Shown here in pieces: positions 12,276 to 25,791 of a stretch of DNA of 64,000 bases. How positions within the stretch are numbered: position 1 is the first letter of the stretch; every line of letters starts with the position of its first letter. The notes beneath the pieces are model-generated. The model was not told where the DNA came from. It saw only the letters and a list, made by a program, of their open reading frames with translations, and did no database searches. Source of the DNA: Octopus vulgaris (lineage: Eukaryota); NCBI GenBank assembly GCA_951406725.2, contig OX597819.1, positions 116,126,001 to 116,190,000 of the forward strand, in the 5' to 3' direction. The position numbers were made by a program, and so were the translations under genes.

Positions 12276-13666
12276 CTATTTATGTAAATCATTTACTGAG
12301 TAAAGAAATGAAATGTTATAAATGTGTGTTCGTGAATGTAGGGGAATTAAAACTGCTACACACATTCTCACAAAAACTTTCAACATGAATTCCATCAGGT
12401 ACGCTCCTGAACACAACGTTATATATACACACGTGAACAGTGTAATAGTAAAACACATTTCACGAATAAACAGTTTCAATAATTTACAGATGAAATCTAA
12501 ATTATATATTAAAATCGGCTTTATTAATGTCATACAATACAATTGATATATAGATTGAAATTAGATTAAAACCTTTTGTTAATTAATTTATGAAGCTATT
12601 AATTTTTTCTCTATGTGTTCAATTTAAATATTAATGCGATTGGATAGAGAAAATATTTCAATAATGGGAGTGAAATGAAGCTCAAAATGCTATCATTTCG
12701 ATAAAGATAACGGAAGTGTTTTAATGTTTGATACGTCGTTTGCTCTGTTTTATGAATAGGCAATTTCGTATAATAAAATAGAAAATAAAAAAAGTTTTAA
12801 AAAATAAACCATAAAATAAGGAAATATTACTGGTTGACTGATCAAACATATGTTAAATGTTGTGGAAGGGAAACTCAGTGATACAATAATTTCAATGCTT
12901 ATGTTTATCGCCTTAATGTGTGTGTGTGTGCAAAATGTTATGTAGGAAAGTAAATATTTAATGTTAAATGTATTTCTTTATTAACACATTGTAAATATTA
13001 CATTTGCTTTAGAAGTTAAAGATAGAATTATGGTTGACAGAGGGGAGTGTTGGATCCTATGTCATTTAGCATTTGGATCAGTCTGTTCTGACCTTGTTAA
13101 ATATTGCTTTGAGACCCCAAAAAGTTATTAATCATCACCTCCAAATATAATCGTGCTTATCTCTGTGAACTAATTTTCCCCAAACACATTTTCCATAGAG
13201 TCAAATCGTCACAGCATATATGTAACCAGAAGTAACTGGTAGTTCATATCAATTACTAGTTCTTACAACTATATCGTACCATCAGCTCCTTGTCTTTTAC
13301 TTTTAACACCATGAGTGTGGGTTCATTTTCCGTTTCGTCTATGAAATAAATTGGTCTCGTATAAATTGGTCTCGTATAGAGGAACGATTCATACGATTAC
13401 GAACCACCCCCTTCAGAAAATTGATTCAAAGATTTCTTCCTTTTTTAAACCATTGAAAAGAAGTAAGATGCTGTGTAACATGTAACCATCCTATAGAAAA
13501 GATCTCAGATTCAATGCTCAATAGAAATCATCGTATCTCATTTAAGCTATAAACGTTGTTACAAAGTTAATTACTTGAGATTTCCTATGTATAGAAAAAT
13601 TCAATGATATTTGAAAGGGACTAATTGAACTGAAAATACAGTGTTTGTAAACAAAAACTTAATGAT

Positions 13667-13841
13667 GCATAGGAGTGACTGTGTGGTAAGTAGCTTGCTT
13701 ACGAAACCAAGGTTCCGGGTTCAGTCCCACTGCGTGGCACCTTGAGCAAGTGGCTTCTACTATAGCCTCGAACTGACCAAAGTCTTGTGAGTCGATTTGG
13801 TTGACGGAAACTGAAAAAAGCCCATCGTATATATATGTATG

Positions 13842-13895
<54 letters not shown>

Positions 13896-14106
13896 GGTGT
13901 GTATATATGTTTGTGTGTCTTTCGCGCCAACACCACTTCACAACCGATGCTGGTGAATTTACGTCCCCGTAATTTAGCGGTTCAGCAAAAGAGACCGATA
14001 GAATAAGTACTAGGCTTACAAAGAATAAATCCTGGGGTCGATTTGCTCGACTAAAGGCGGTGCTCCAGCATGGCCCCAGTCAAATGACTGAAACAAGTAA
14101 AAGAAT
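13667..14106 (+). mobile_element. tRNA-derived SINE family A (CORE-like motif, internal (TA)n(TG)n)
   Basis: Head aggagtg.ctgtgtggtaagtagcttgc, B-box-like gggttcagtccc, CORE-like ccttg.gcaagt, internal microsatellite, tail gactgaaacaagtaaaaga. At least six near-full copies in the window. Confidence 0.9.
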
Positions 14107-14371
14107 ATGCGAATTTAGATGTCCGTCGAAAAGTAACACATTACTCGTAATACACAGAGTTATGGCCACAATGTAAAGAAGCAACATGCATCTCTGTGCA
14201 GTATATAAGATGCAGTATGTTGCGAATAAATATGAATTATCAGAATTTATGTATTATACTATGCGTAGACATTATTTACATAAATTAAGAACGAGCGATG
14301 TAGATAAGTTGATTGAAATGATTATCTCCATCTTTTCGGAACATATTTGCCTTGTGACTATTGAACTGAAA

Positions 14372-14883
14372 TCTATATATATATAAAACTGTAGTTGTGT
14401 GAGTGTCTGTCCCCTTCGATTTAGATTCCTAACTACTCCCACATTTTGCGGTGCAGTTTAACCAAATTCGGGTATCTTATAGTCGTGATTCATATCGAGC
14501 CCGTCTGGCTATTAACGCGCGTCTACGATGAGTCTACGATTTTAAAAATAATTTAACATCATTTTTTATTCCATTTTAATGCATAATTTTTCGTGTGTCG
14601 ATGGCGGCGGAGTTGGCGTCCATGGTCACACCTGCACCTGTTTGCTTCTCCCCTTCTACCCTCCCTCGTGAAGCTGTGGGGAAGGGAGTGTAAGGAAATC
14701 AACGTCGTAAAGCGTTGTCAAGGAGACCAGCGTTCTTTTAGAACAACGACTTCATGGCTTGAAGACACCAAAACAGAAATGGCTAAGAAAGCCCGAATTG
14801 GCATCTATAAGGGAAGTAACTCTAAAAATGCTTATATAGTTATTTCCCTTACAAACCCGAGCAACGCCGGGCGATACTGCTAG
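14372..14883 (+). mobile_element. Non-autonomous Helitron (unit 1 of a tandem)
   Basis: 5' A|TC start (tctatatatatataaaa), 3' hairpin cccgagcaacgccggg and a CTAG end; no TSD. Confidence 0.85.
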
Positions 14884-15280
14884 TCTTTATATATAAAAGT
14901 GAAGTTGTGTGTCTGTCTCCTACGATTTAGATTCCTAACTACTCCCACATTTTGCGGTGCAGTGTAACCAAAAGCGGGTATCTTATAGTCGTGATTCATA
15001 TCGAGCCCTTCTGGGTATTAGCGCGCGTCTACGATGAGTCTACGATTTAAAAAATTATTTACCATAATTTTTTCCCATTTTGATGCATTTTTTCGCTATT
15101 ATATCAGGGAAGTAACTCTCTAAAAATGTCTACGATGAGTCAACGATTAAAAAAAAAATTTACCATCATTTTTTTGCCATTTTTAATGCATTTTTTTGCT
15201 ATTTTTTGGCTATAACTCTCTAAAAATGCTTATATAGTTATTTCCCTTACAAACCCGAGCAACGCCGGGCGATATGCTAG
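14884..15280 (+). mobile_element. Non-autonomous Helitron (unit 2 of a tandem)
   Basis: Starts with TC immediately after the CTAG of unit 1; ends with the same hairpin plus CTAG|T. Confidence 0.85.
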
Positions 15281-17141
15281 TCAATATTAAATCTGAAATA
15301 TTTTGAATTTATAACAGCAGTCTGTGTCTCTTCTTGTGTTTGATATTTCTCATCAGTTGAGTGCTAATCAGTTATACATATGTACAAACGTGGTACAATC
15401 ATGACATGGTGCCTTGGAGACAAAATATATCAAGGGCAACATTATCGAATATCTCCTTCACATTAGAAAAAGAACTTATTTCAAATGAGGAAATTTGGTT
15501 CATTTTCCTAACAGTTTGAGAGACCATTTAGAGGTATTTCATATGAACGCCTTCAGCAACGTGCGTTTTTGGGTTGTAATTGACATCAACTTTGACACCA
15601 AATTTGACATCAGTTTCAAGTCAGAATACTTTCAACACCACATAGTAATGCTTACTTCTCACTTGTGACAAACACGAGGTTAGCAGCAATTACGAACCGC
15701 GATAGTTTCTATTTAATTAATAGCTTTGCTACACAACCAAATATTTGTCACTTACATCTCTGAGAAAGGCCAACTTACTTCTCGTTCCCATTAATATTGA
15801 TTCTATCTGTCTGTTCTGTTTTGGTTTTATTTGGTTAATAGTATTGTGACAGCTAGCGTTATATTTCTTGGCAATGGCCACAGTGTAGCACCGGTAGCAT
15901 TATACACATTATCGAGTGGACCAGCTGGGTTCCTTTGTATTCAGAATAGAATGGGTGGTGTGAGGGATGGAGATCTCACCTACTAAGATACACAATGTAA
16001 AAGACTCCCATTCGTGAATACCATAGAATGAGTAAACAAACTAGTGTTTGATTATCTACGAAAGTATAAGATTGCGTCTTTAGAATAAACCTTGGAGTTT
16101 TGTCATTAATAATAAAGAAAAATCGAGATTGTATGAATGGCCACAAGGCTATAGTACCAAATTAACCATTCTCTTCTGTCAAGAACGAATCAACTTTGTT
16201 GAACGGGTGAAAATATATTATGTTTAAATAATTAAATGTGTTTCAATGTGAAATGCCTTCGGCCATACTGCTTATCACATTGACCATTACCTTTCCAATT
16301 GAATTCGAACATTTTTCCTTTTTTTCTTCTCTCTTTCTATCGATCTATCAATTTCTACTACTCTCTCGCTCTCTACCTCATTCTTCCTCTGTAGCATGTG
16401 TGTGCTCGTATATATCTTTCTCTGTGCGTAGGTGTGTGCGTAAACACAATACATGAAAATAACAAAGTTTGACAAGCGGCAAGATCGATCTCTGCTAAAA
16501 TACTCATGTTATCAAATTCAATTACTCTGATATATACAAGACAGGATGCTAATACAATATTCATCCTCACAACCATGTGAGATAATTGGGTTTGCATGAA
16601 TGTTACTAATACGTCAATATTCTCTATCATCGAGGCCTTCACTCTATTATTTGCTACACAAGCAATTAGTAGCCAGGAGGCTGTAGTAAGTTGAATACAG
16701 ATACCAAATAACAAAAGAAAGGAAAGACAAAATTATAAAAACAAAATCAAGAAGCAACGGGCAATGAGAAGGAGAGATTCAAACACCCGTGCAAAATTAA
16801 TTGTATTCCCCACATAGCGTTTTTGCATACTGTGAATACAGATAGAAGCATTCTAGTTATAGAGACGAAGTAACACATAATATATCTGAATATTCACACC
16901 AGTTTAGCTACCTCACATTTTCACACACTCACACTTCAGTTACCCTGCATCTACACACATTCTCGAGCACAAGCACACAAACAGACACACACACAGAGAC
17001 ACACACACACACACAAACACACACACATTCATGTGTACATATGTGTCTGCGTTTCCGTGTATGTGGTACGATTAAGTATGTATAACTGCTTACATATGTG
17101 TGTATGAATGTATATGTATATGTATATCTATATCTATAACT

Positions 17142-17176
<35 letters not shown>

Positions 17177-17340
17177 CACACAAATATAAGATGCATGTGT
17201 ATACATACATATATATATATATATATATAAAATATTATTAGAGACAAAACCACTATTTTGCAAAACAAACAAGGAAAGACTTAATCAATACATAAAATTT
17301 TAATAAATAGTCAAAAAAACCGCCACTATAATCGTTTCTT

Positions 17341-17712
17341 TGGCCAGTATTGGCCCAGGCCATGTCTGACTTAACAGCACCAACCGGCGAAATCTTTCAA
17401 TTCAGGATTTGGGCACCAGGGCCCATTCGAGCAGAGAGTTATTGTTAGCAGTGACATATCCCGGTGTGGGTGGTTTGTCCGGGACTGTTTGAAGGAATTT
17501 GTCCAAAGACTTCTTGAATTTTGTGTGGTCAGTTTCTGTTTTGACGTGTCCTGGTGTAATGTTGAAGAAGGGGGTCCAACTGAGGTGAAATAATTGTGCC
17601 GTATTGTCGTTATGTGATGCGATTTAGATTTTTGTTGTGGACAGATGGCACGTGGTCCAAGCCTTGGATGTATTTTGAAGGTGATGCTAACGTCATTCGG
17701 ACAGTTGATGGA
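17341..17712 (-). mobile_element. 3' fragment of a CR1/L2-group LINE
   Basis: Minus strand translates across one frameshift as ...HPRLGPRAI...RHNYFTSVGP / FNITPGHVKTETDHTKFKKSLDKFLQTVPDKPPTPGY...NSLLEW, the typical CR1-group ORF2 C-terminus (FKxxLDKFL..VPDxP). Confidence 0.75.
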
Positions 17713-17863
17713 ATATATATATATACACATTGACACACTCACACTTCAGTTACTCCGCATCTACACACATTCTCAAGCTCAGAAACACACACACTCACAC
17801 ACACACACACACACACAACACCCACACCTACATATTCATGTGTACATATGTGTCTGCGTTTCC

Positions 17864-17910
<47 letters not shown>

Positions 17911-17913
<3 letters not shown>

Positions 17914-18730
17914 GGTTTCCCAAAAATACCTGAAGGTTTTCAATTTTTAATAACTTCCTTAACTTTACAAATAAATGCACGGAGTTTTGATACAGTTTAC
18001 AGGACATAATGAAAATGAATATGCAGAAGTCAGATTTTGGAACACCACTATATCACGTGTGAAAAATGACGTTAACTGAATGGCAGCCATTTTGGGCTTC
18101 GCACGCCCGTGCTTTTTCCAAAACTTGTAACATAACACCATCAACATTTTCAGACCTCACTTCTCTGATTTGTCTATTGATGTTCTCTTTCAATTGCACC
18201 AGGGTCCCCGGTCTGTTGACATAAACCCTCTCTTTCAGGTATCCCCACAAGAAAAAGTTCGGTTAGTAAAGTCGGGGGAACGTGAAGGCCAGTTGACATT
18301 ACCGTAGCGGGAGCTTATTCTCTCCCCAAAGCACTGCTGTATCAACTGCATTGTTTCTCTTGCGGTATGAGCAAGTGCCCCATCTTACTGGAATCATGTA
18401 TAAGGTCTACTTTGAATGGCTGGATACCTGAAAGAGAGGTTTTACGTCAAGAAACCAGAGACCCTGGTGCAACTGAAGGAGAACATCAGTAGAGAAATCA
18501 GAGAATGGTATCTGAAACTCTTCAGGGTGTTATGGTGTAAGTTTTGGAAAGAGCACGAGTGTGCAAAGCCGTAAATGGCTGCCATTTTTCATATGCGACG
18601 TATTGGTGTTGCAGAATTTGACTGGTTCATAATCATTTCCATGATGTCCTTTATATTATATCAAATTTTCATGCATTTATTTGTAAAGTTAAGGAAGTTA
18701 TTAAGAATTGAAATTTTTGGACAAACTAGC
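17911..18730. mobile_element. Tc1/mariner-derived fold-back element built from two 3' ends
   Basis: TA|cagggtttcccaaaa terminus. The left arm on the minus strand encodes WPSRSPDF...FLWGYLKERVYVNRPGTLVQLKENI. The right arm (~18419-18730) is a diverged plus-strand copy of the same C-terminal and subterminal region. Confidence 0.8.
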
Positions 18731-19183
18731 CACTGGAACTAATGTTAAAATCCTACACAAATTCCAATTGATTTTCATCCTTCCATGAAGTTGCGAATGA
18801 GGGTCTGCGCAATCGACTATACGGCACCATCAGATGGGTGGCCTAATATACCAACTGCGACACGAGAGAAACTAATAACAAAATAAAGGAATACGCACAA
18901 AATACATACACACACACGCACACACAGCACAGACACATACAAATGCACACATATATGAATATGTATTGTATTATCTGTTTTGAAATTAGTTCTAATTTCA
19001 AATGCACTGGTTCGTACTAGATAGAGAGCTACAGTTTCATATTTTTTTAATTCAATCGTTGGCACAGCAACCGTTTATATCTGAAATCATTATTCAGTGA
19101 AGTTAAAATTGGTAGTTCAAATTCATGTAGTTACACACACACATATCGTACACATACATACATACTATATGTGCTAAGTAGCT

Positions 19184-19623
19184 ATAGGCGTAGGAGTGGA
19201 TGTGTGGTAAGTAGCCATGGGCCTAGGAATGGCTGTGTGGTAAGTAGCTTGCTTACAAACCACATGGTTCCAGGTTCAGTCCCAGTGCGTGGCAACTTCG
19301 GCAAGTGTCTTCTACCAAAGCCTCGACCCGACCAAAGCCTTGTGAGTAGATTTGGTAGACGAAAACTGAAAGAAGCCCGTGGTATATATGTATATATGTG
19401 TATGTATGTGTGTGTGTATGTTTGTGTGTCTGTGTTTGTGCCCCCAACATTGCCTGACAACCGACGGTGGTGTGTTTACGTCCCCACAACTTAGCGGTTC
19501 GGCAAAAGAAACCGATAGAATTAGTACTAAGCTTACAAAGAATATGTCCTGGGGTCGATTTGCTCGACTAAAGGCGGTGCTCCCACATGGCCGCAGTCAC
19601 ATGACTGAAACAAGTAAAAGAGT
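19184..19623 (+). mobile_element. SINE family A with duplicated 5' head
   Basis: Same sequence as 13667-14106; the head aggagtggatgtgtggtaagtagc occurs twice. Confidence 0.9.
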
Positions 19624-19825
19624 ATATATATATGACTGGGATAATAAAACATAAAATGTCAAAAGAATAAACATTTATCTTATGAGCTTCATTACCTTAC
19701 AGCTGCTTCTTCGATAAGATGCAGTGGACGAATAGTTGAGTGCCTGAGTTAAGCCTTATAACTTCAAGTGAAGCTCAAACATGACGTGCAATTTGTTTTG
19801 AAAATGGAATTACATCTATGCCTAT

Positions 19826-20212
19826 GTGGAGGCGCAATGGCCCAGTGGTTAGGGCAGCGGACTCGCGGTCATAGGATCGCGGTTTCGATTCCCAGACCGG
19901 GCGTTGTGAGTGTTTATTGAGCGAAAACACCTAAAGCTCCACGAGGCTCCGGCAGGGGATGGTGGCGATCCCTGCTGTACTCTTTCACCACAACTTTCTC
20001 TCACTCTTACTTCCTGTTTCTGTTGTACCTGTATTTCAAAGGGCCGGCCTTGTCACTCTCTGTGTCACGCTGGATATCCCCGAGAACTACGTTAAGGGTA
20101 CACGTGTCTGTGGAGTGCTCAGCCACTTACATGTTAATTTCACGAGCAGGCTGTTCCGTTGATTCGGATCAACCGGAACCCTCGTCGCCGTAACCGACGG
20201 AGTGCTTCCATC
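19826..20212 (+). mobile_element. tRNA-Arg-like SINE family C (resembles octopus OR-type SINEs), 15-bp TSD
   Basis: Head gtggaggcgcaatggcccagtggttaggg...ggactcgcgg...ggtttcgattccc. TSD tacatctatgcctat (19811-19825) / tacatttatgcctat (20213-20227). Near-identical copy at 55147-55531. Confidence 0.9.
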
Positions 20213-20390
20213 TACATTTATGCCTATCTACATAAAAGCATTACTAATGGGAAACCATACACGTACGTGGCGGATGAAATTCAGATTCTGTGCTTATAAT
20301 TAAAATAAGATGAATTTTTAAACGTGTATAAGGATAGGCATACTAAGATATAGATAAACAGTAACTAGATCTATCAGCAAAAGATATATG

Positions 20391-20550
20391 TGTAGGAGTG
20401 GCTGTGTGGTAAGTAGCTTGCTAACCAACCACATGGTTCCGGGTTCAGTCCCACTGCGTGGCATCTTGGGCAAGTGTCTTCTGCTATAGCCCCGGGCCGA
20501 CCAAAGCCTTGTGAGTGGATTTGGTAGACGGAAACTGAAAGAAGCCTGTA

Positions 20551-20610
<60 letters not shown>

Positions 20611-20820
20611 ATGTGTTTGTGTGTCTGTGTTTGTCCCCCTAGCATTGCTTGACAACCGATGCTGGTGTGTTTACGTCCCCGTCACTTAGCGGTTCGGCAA
20701 AAGAGACCGATAGAATAAGTACTGGGCTTGCAGGGAATAAGTCCCGGGGTCGATTCGCTCGACTAAAGGCGGTGCTCCAGCATGGCCGCAGTCGGATGGC
20801 TGAAACAAGTAAAAAAGAAA
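20391..20820 (+). mobile_element. SINE family A
   Basis: Full head, internal (TA)n(TG)n and tail. Confidence 0.9.
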
Positions 20821-20896
20821 AAAATATATACACAAAATATACAGAGACACATATATCCCTCCAAAGATGTATAGTGTTAAATCATAGAGTCTACAT

Positions 20897-21217
20897 CAGG
20901 GCTGGCCAACTTGAGGTCCGTGGGCTGCTAGCGGTTCGCAGACTTTTATCTTGCAGCCCGCTTGATACTTTATTGAAATGGATTTATTTAAACAAATATA
21001 TTTAAAACCTTATAAAAAAATTTTAAGATTGTAATGAAAAGAAAAAGAAAGATGCTACTGTTTTTTGCAACGATACTATTTCATGTCGAATCAACGATCG
21101 TTCATTCATTATTGTAATAATAGCATGAGAAAGCTAAATGCTTTCAATTCTATCAGTATATAAGTCGCTTTCTGTTATCAACGTGGCTCGCAATGTAATT
21201 CGAGCTGGCCAGGCCTG
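20897..21217. mobile_element. hAT (Charlie-like) MITE with 8-bp TSD
   Basis: TIRs cagggctggccaact / agctggccaggcctg (13 of 15 match); identical 8-bp TSD gtctacat at 20889-20896 and 21218-21225. Confidence 0.9.
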
Positions 21218-21371
21218 GTCTACATCAAAGTTAGGGGGAAACGAAAGCTCCCCGGAATTGAAGAAGATAGAGAGACATATACTAGGGCTTAGAAGTATTT
21301 AGCTGCTCATCAATGTCCAGTTTACCTTTCACTTTCAAACTGAAACCGAAAACATCAAGTATACTCTATTG

Positions 21372-21619
21372 CTCATTTACTTGTTTCAGTAATGTGACTT
21401 TGACTCTGGCCATACTGGAGCACCGCCTTTAGTCGAGCAGGGACTTATTCTCTGCAAGCCTAGTTCTTATTCTATCGGTCTCTTTTGCCGAACCGCTATG
21501 CTAAGATGACGTAAAACAGACACAAACACACACAGATATATATATACACACACTCATATATATATATATATATATATATATGATATATATTTATTTATAT
21601 ATATATATATATTGATATA

Positions 21620-21676
<57 letters not shown>

Positions 21677-21729
21677 CATCAGGAAGCTTCTGATATTTAT
21701 TTATATATATATATTCTATCTGTATATAT

Positions 21730-21792
<63 letters not shown>

Positions 21793-21958
21793 GTATATAC
21801 GACCGGCTTCTTTCAGTTTCCGTCTACTAAATCCACTCACAAGGCTTTGGTCGGCCCGAGAATGTAGTTGAAGGCACTTGCCCAAGGTGCCGCGTAGTAG
21901 GACTGAACCCGGAACCTTGTAGTTCGTAAAGAAGCTACTTACCACATAGCAACTCCTA
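21372..21958 (-). mobile_element. SINE family A with expanded internal (TA)n
   Basis: Reverse complement of the family A head and tail, separated by ~250 bp of degenerate (TA)n. Confidence 0.85.
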
Positions 21959-22634
21959 AAAATCACTTTATGAGAGAAATTAGAATAAATTCAAACTATT
22001 TGCTAGAAACACCTCACTAATGTTAACATTATTACTATATAATACTTAATGCGTGCGTGGTATTAAAACGACAGGAGTTGCATTTTTTCGCCTGGAGATG
22101 ATTCCATTAAAGTCGTAGATGATTAAAATATACTATACTTCAAAGGTAAGGCAAGACGAAACTGTCCAGGAAGAGAACGAATATGATTGCTCACGGAGCT
22201 TCGAAGGATTTTCCTATTTGTGAAAAACACGTATTTAGCTTCGTTTCGAAGTGTGATTTTAACAACACATAAACGTTACGTATTTAATATTTGTAATATT
22301 TATAGTTCTGAGCTGTTTTTAACATTTGAACACACACACACTCACAGATACGTGCCTACGTACACACACATACATACTTACAAGCGCGCGTTCACACACA
22401 CCCAAACACATTTAATTGGTTTCAAAGTTGCCTAATTAATCCATTGTATATACTCTCATGTAATGAGTTTTATTTACTCCTATTTATTGCAGCAAATCTA
22501 CTCACCTATTAATCTGTGTTTACGGATGCATGTATGTACGTATATTGTATGTCTCTAACTTTCTTTTTCTCGTTCTCTTTTCGTATATATACATACATAT
22601 ATATACATATACATACATACATACATATATATAT

Positions 22635-22700
<66 letters not shown>

Positions 22701-23579
22701 GTAACTCAAGGCTTTATTGTTGCCTCTATTTCCATTTTCATCACCTGTGTATTTACCATTTAAATAGTTTTAGGGAAAGCAATACTGAATTGATGATGTT
22801 TCTTTCACATTGTCACTTTGTATAATTAACTAATTATCTTGGCTTATTTCTTCCTCGGTATTAACAAACTTTATAATCAACACCTTCAAAACAATGAAAA
22901 TCGTGGTTGTATGTTATAGTATCATATAAACTCGTTAAGAAGAGGACACTGAAATGACATCGATTCTAACGTCTATAGTTCTCTTTATAATATATTTGTA
23001 AAAGCAATAATTAAATTTCTATTTTGTTTACCACAATCATTGTTTTTGTAAAAATTACTTTTATTTAAATTTTGAATTGCATTTCACCACTATGTATTCT
23101 TTAAAAAAAACATTTCCTGGTATTAGTTATTCTGCTAGAAACATACCGGAGGTCGATTTCAGGAGTTGCTCAGTTACATTATCCTCTGTTACATATCGCA
23201 GACTTATACTCCATTTGTTTTCTTAGGTGTCTCATAAGTTCTAGGATGTATAACGTGGAGGTACATTCGGTTTTATGGCGTAAACGTGACTAAAGTTATA
23301 ACCTCTCACTGAACGGTTTGTTGCCGGCATAACTTCACAGCTACGACACAAAGCCGCATGTAGCTGCGTGGAATGGCTCAGCATAAAATATATGTCGCGC
23401 TGGTAAACCGAAACTACAATATTACGATTATCCACTTCCACGCTTCTCTCTTTGTCGAATGTTTAAAGTTATCATGTTGAAAACAAATTTGCACAACTTA
23501 AGTCTGTAACGATTAATATAATCTCTCTCTCCAACTCTCCGTTATCGCACATGCATCTATCTATCTATCTATCTGTCTG

Positions 23580-23641
<62 letters not shown>

Positions 23642-23772
23642 CATCCATCCATCCATCCATCCATCCATCCATCCATCCATCCATCCTTCCCTCCTTCCCT
23701 CCTTCCTTCCTTCCTTCCTGTGTGTGTGTGTGTGTGTGTGTGTCTATCTATCTATCTATCTATCTATCTAAT

Positions 23773-23807
<35 letters not shown>

Positions 23808-23824
23808 TTCTATCTATCTATCTA

Positions 23825-24804
23825 TGATCCGCCTGTTCTGGACCACTTTCGGGCCAGGGCCCATGGACAACTTCCAGAGATCCCTGGCCTGGCAGTGCTA
23901 CCGAGAAGCGCTACCCGTTTGGGATAAGCTCTACAGACACGGCTCGAGAAACACGGGGCCGACCTGCCCGAGATGCGGCCAGAGTGACGAAACCGTTCTG
24001 CACGCACTTGTGCAGTGTCCAATAATTTCCGACCTGTGGGCTTATGTCGAACAACTGCTGTCACGTGTGGGACGAGTCGGTTTATCAGCTGAGTCTATCG
24101 TCAATATTGTCACGCATCCTTCCTTCAAACGAGAAGGAAGAGCTATTTTCATCATCCTTGTGGCAATGGCGAAAGAATGTATCTGGTGGACGCGTCTGAA
24201 AGGATTGGAGACAAACACTTTCCTCTCTGGTCAATCTCTCATCAACTTCTTCAAGTACCACTTGAAAAGGAAAGTGAGAGAAGAGAGGAAGTTTTGTCTA
24301 ACGAATGTTTTAAAAAAGATGGGTGAATGTAGCAAGGATGGCACGTATGAATGACGAAGCCACCTTGAGCATAATCCTATGAACCCAGAAATTGAAAACA
24401 GAGGGTTACCCACTTGCAAACAAATGTGGTAACATATAACAATATTGACCAAGGTTACCGTGGTCTTTTTCGTAGGCTTTTCTTACTTACTTTCCCCTTT
24501 ACACCATACATCATTACACTGTGATACACGATCCCTATTGGTCGCTTTTTTTTCCCTCTTCCCCTTTTCCCCCCTTTTTCTTCTTTTTTTTCATTTCTCT
24601 TTTCTTTTGTTCCTTTTCCTTTTTTATTTTTATTTTTTGTTCTTTTTTTCCCTTTTACGATCCCTTTTGATCGAAAACGTACGCCACCTTTTTTTTTTGT
24701 TTCTTTTGTTTTTTGTTTTTTGTTTTTTTTCATCCCCCAAAAGAAAAGCTCTACCTTGTAACTTGTCCCATCTGTGTGCAGCCCTGTGTGGCCAATAAAG
24801 AAAC

Positions 24805-24806
<2 letters not shown>
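23825..24806 (+). mobile_element. 5'-truncated Tx1-type LINE inserted in (TCTA)n
   Basis: Encodes an ORF2 C-terminal zinc-finger region (LPVWDKL...TCPRCGQSDETVLHALVQCP) plus a 3' UTR ending aataaagaaac; (TCTA)n on both sides; same family as 55972-58720. Confidence 0.9.
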
Positions 24807-24835
<29 letters not shown>

Positions 24836-24919
24836 CATGTCTGTTCGACTGTCTACCTGCCTGTCTGCCTGTCTATCTCCTTCCCTGGTTGTCTGCCTGC
24901 CTGTTTGCCTCGCTGTCTA

Positions 24920-24984
<65 letters not shown>

Positions 24985-25452
24985 GTCTAGCTAGCTAGAT
25001 GGATATATAACTAGATAATTTAGCTATTAAGAAGATATTGGGGTAGTTTACTATTGCCTTCACAAAGTGAATGATCGTTTACCCGTAATGGGCTCATCTA
25101 GCTTTTGACAAATTTTGTTATTATCCGGACACCCTCCTCACAATAATAGGAAGCTGCTCAAATAAGGGAGCCAGTGTAGTGGCTGACTACTCGACCACGA
25201 AACAGGAGAACGGGTTTCGTTTGCATCAAAAGCAGGTCTTATTATCCTGTGATGAGATCCATGACCACGTCTCATCAAAACTAATACCTATCTATACTAG
25301 AGGGTATTTCATTGAGTACATTGATTTGTCCACCTTTCAAATATTTATGAAGTTTCATCGATTAGACAGGGTTATTTTTTCCAATTAAACCAAATTCAGT
25401 TAGTTTGAAAAGAATCATTCCATTAACATGAATTAGAGAACAGAATATACAC

Positions 25453-25575
25453 ACAGACACACACAGACAAACACACACACACACATATATATATATACAT
25501 ATACAAATATATATATGTATACATTTATATATATGGATTTATATATATATCCATTTATACAGACACACACACACA

Positions 25576-25663
<88 letters not shown>

Positions 25664-25690
25664 CATATATATATATATACATACATATAT

Positions 25691-25738
<48 letters not shown>

Positions 25739-25741
25739 GTA

Positions 25742-25787
<46 letters not shown>
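25453..25787. repeat. (CA)n/(TA)n compound microsatellite
   Basis: Seen directly. Confidence 0.9.

Positions 25788-25791
<4 letters not shown>

Noticed and set aside
16373-16714. 113-aa non-repetitive ORF on the minus strand
   Set aside because: No recognisable domain, non-ATG start and no convincing splice signals.
19695-19712. Minus-strand GAAG-CAGCTG-TA resembling a hammerhead 3' half
   Set aside because: The core is mutated and there is no 5' core nearby.
19826-19900. tRNA-like sequence
   Set aside because: It is the head of a SINE with a 3' body and TSD, not a tRNA gene.
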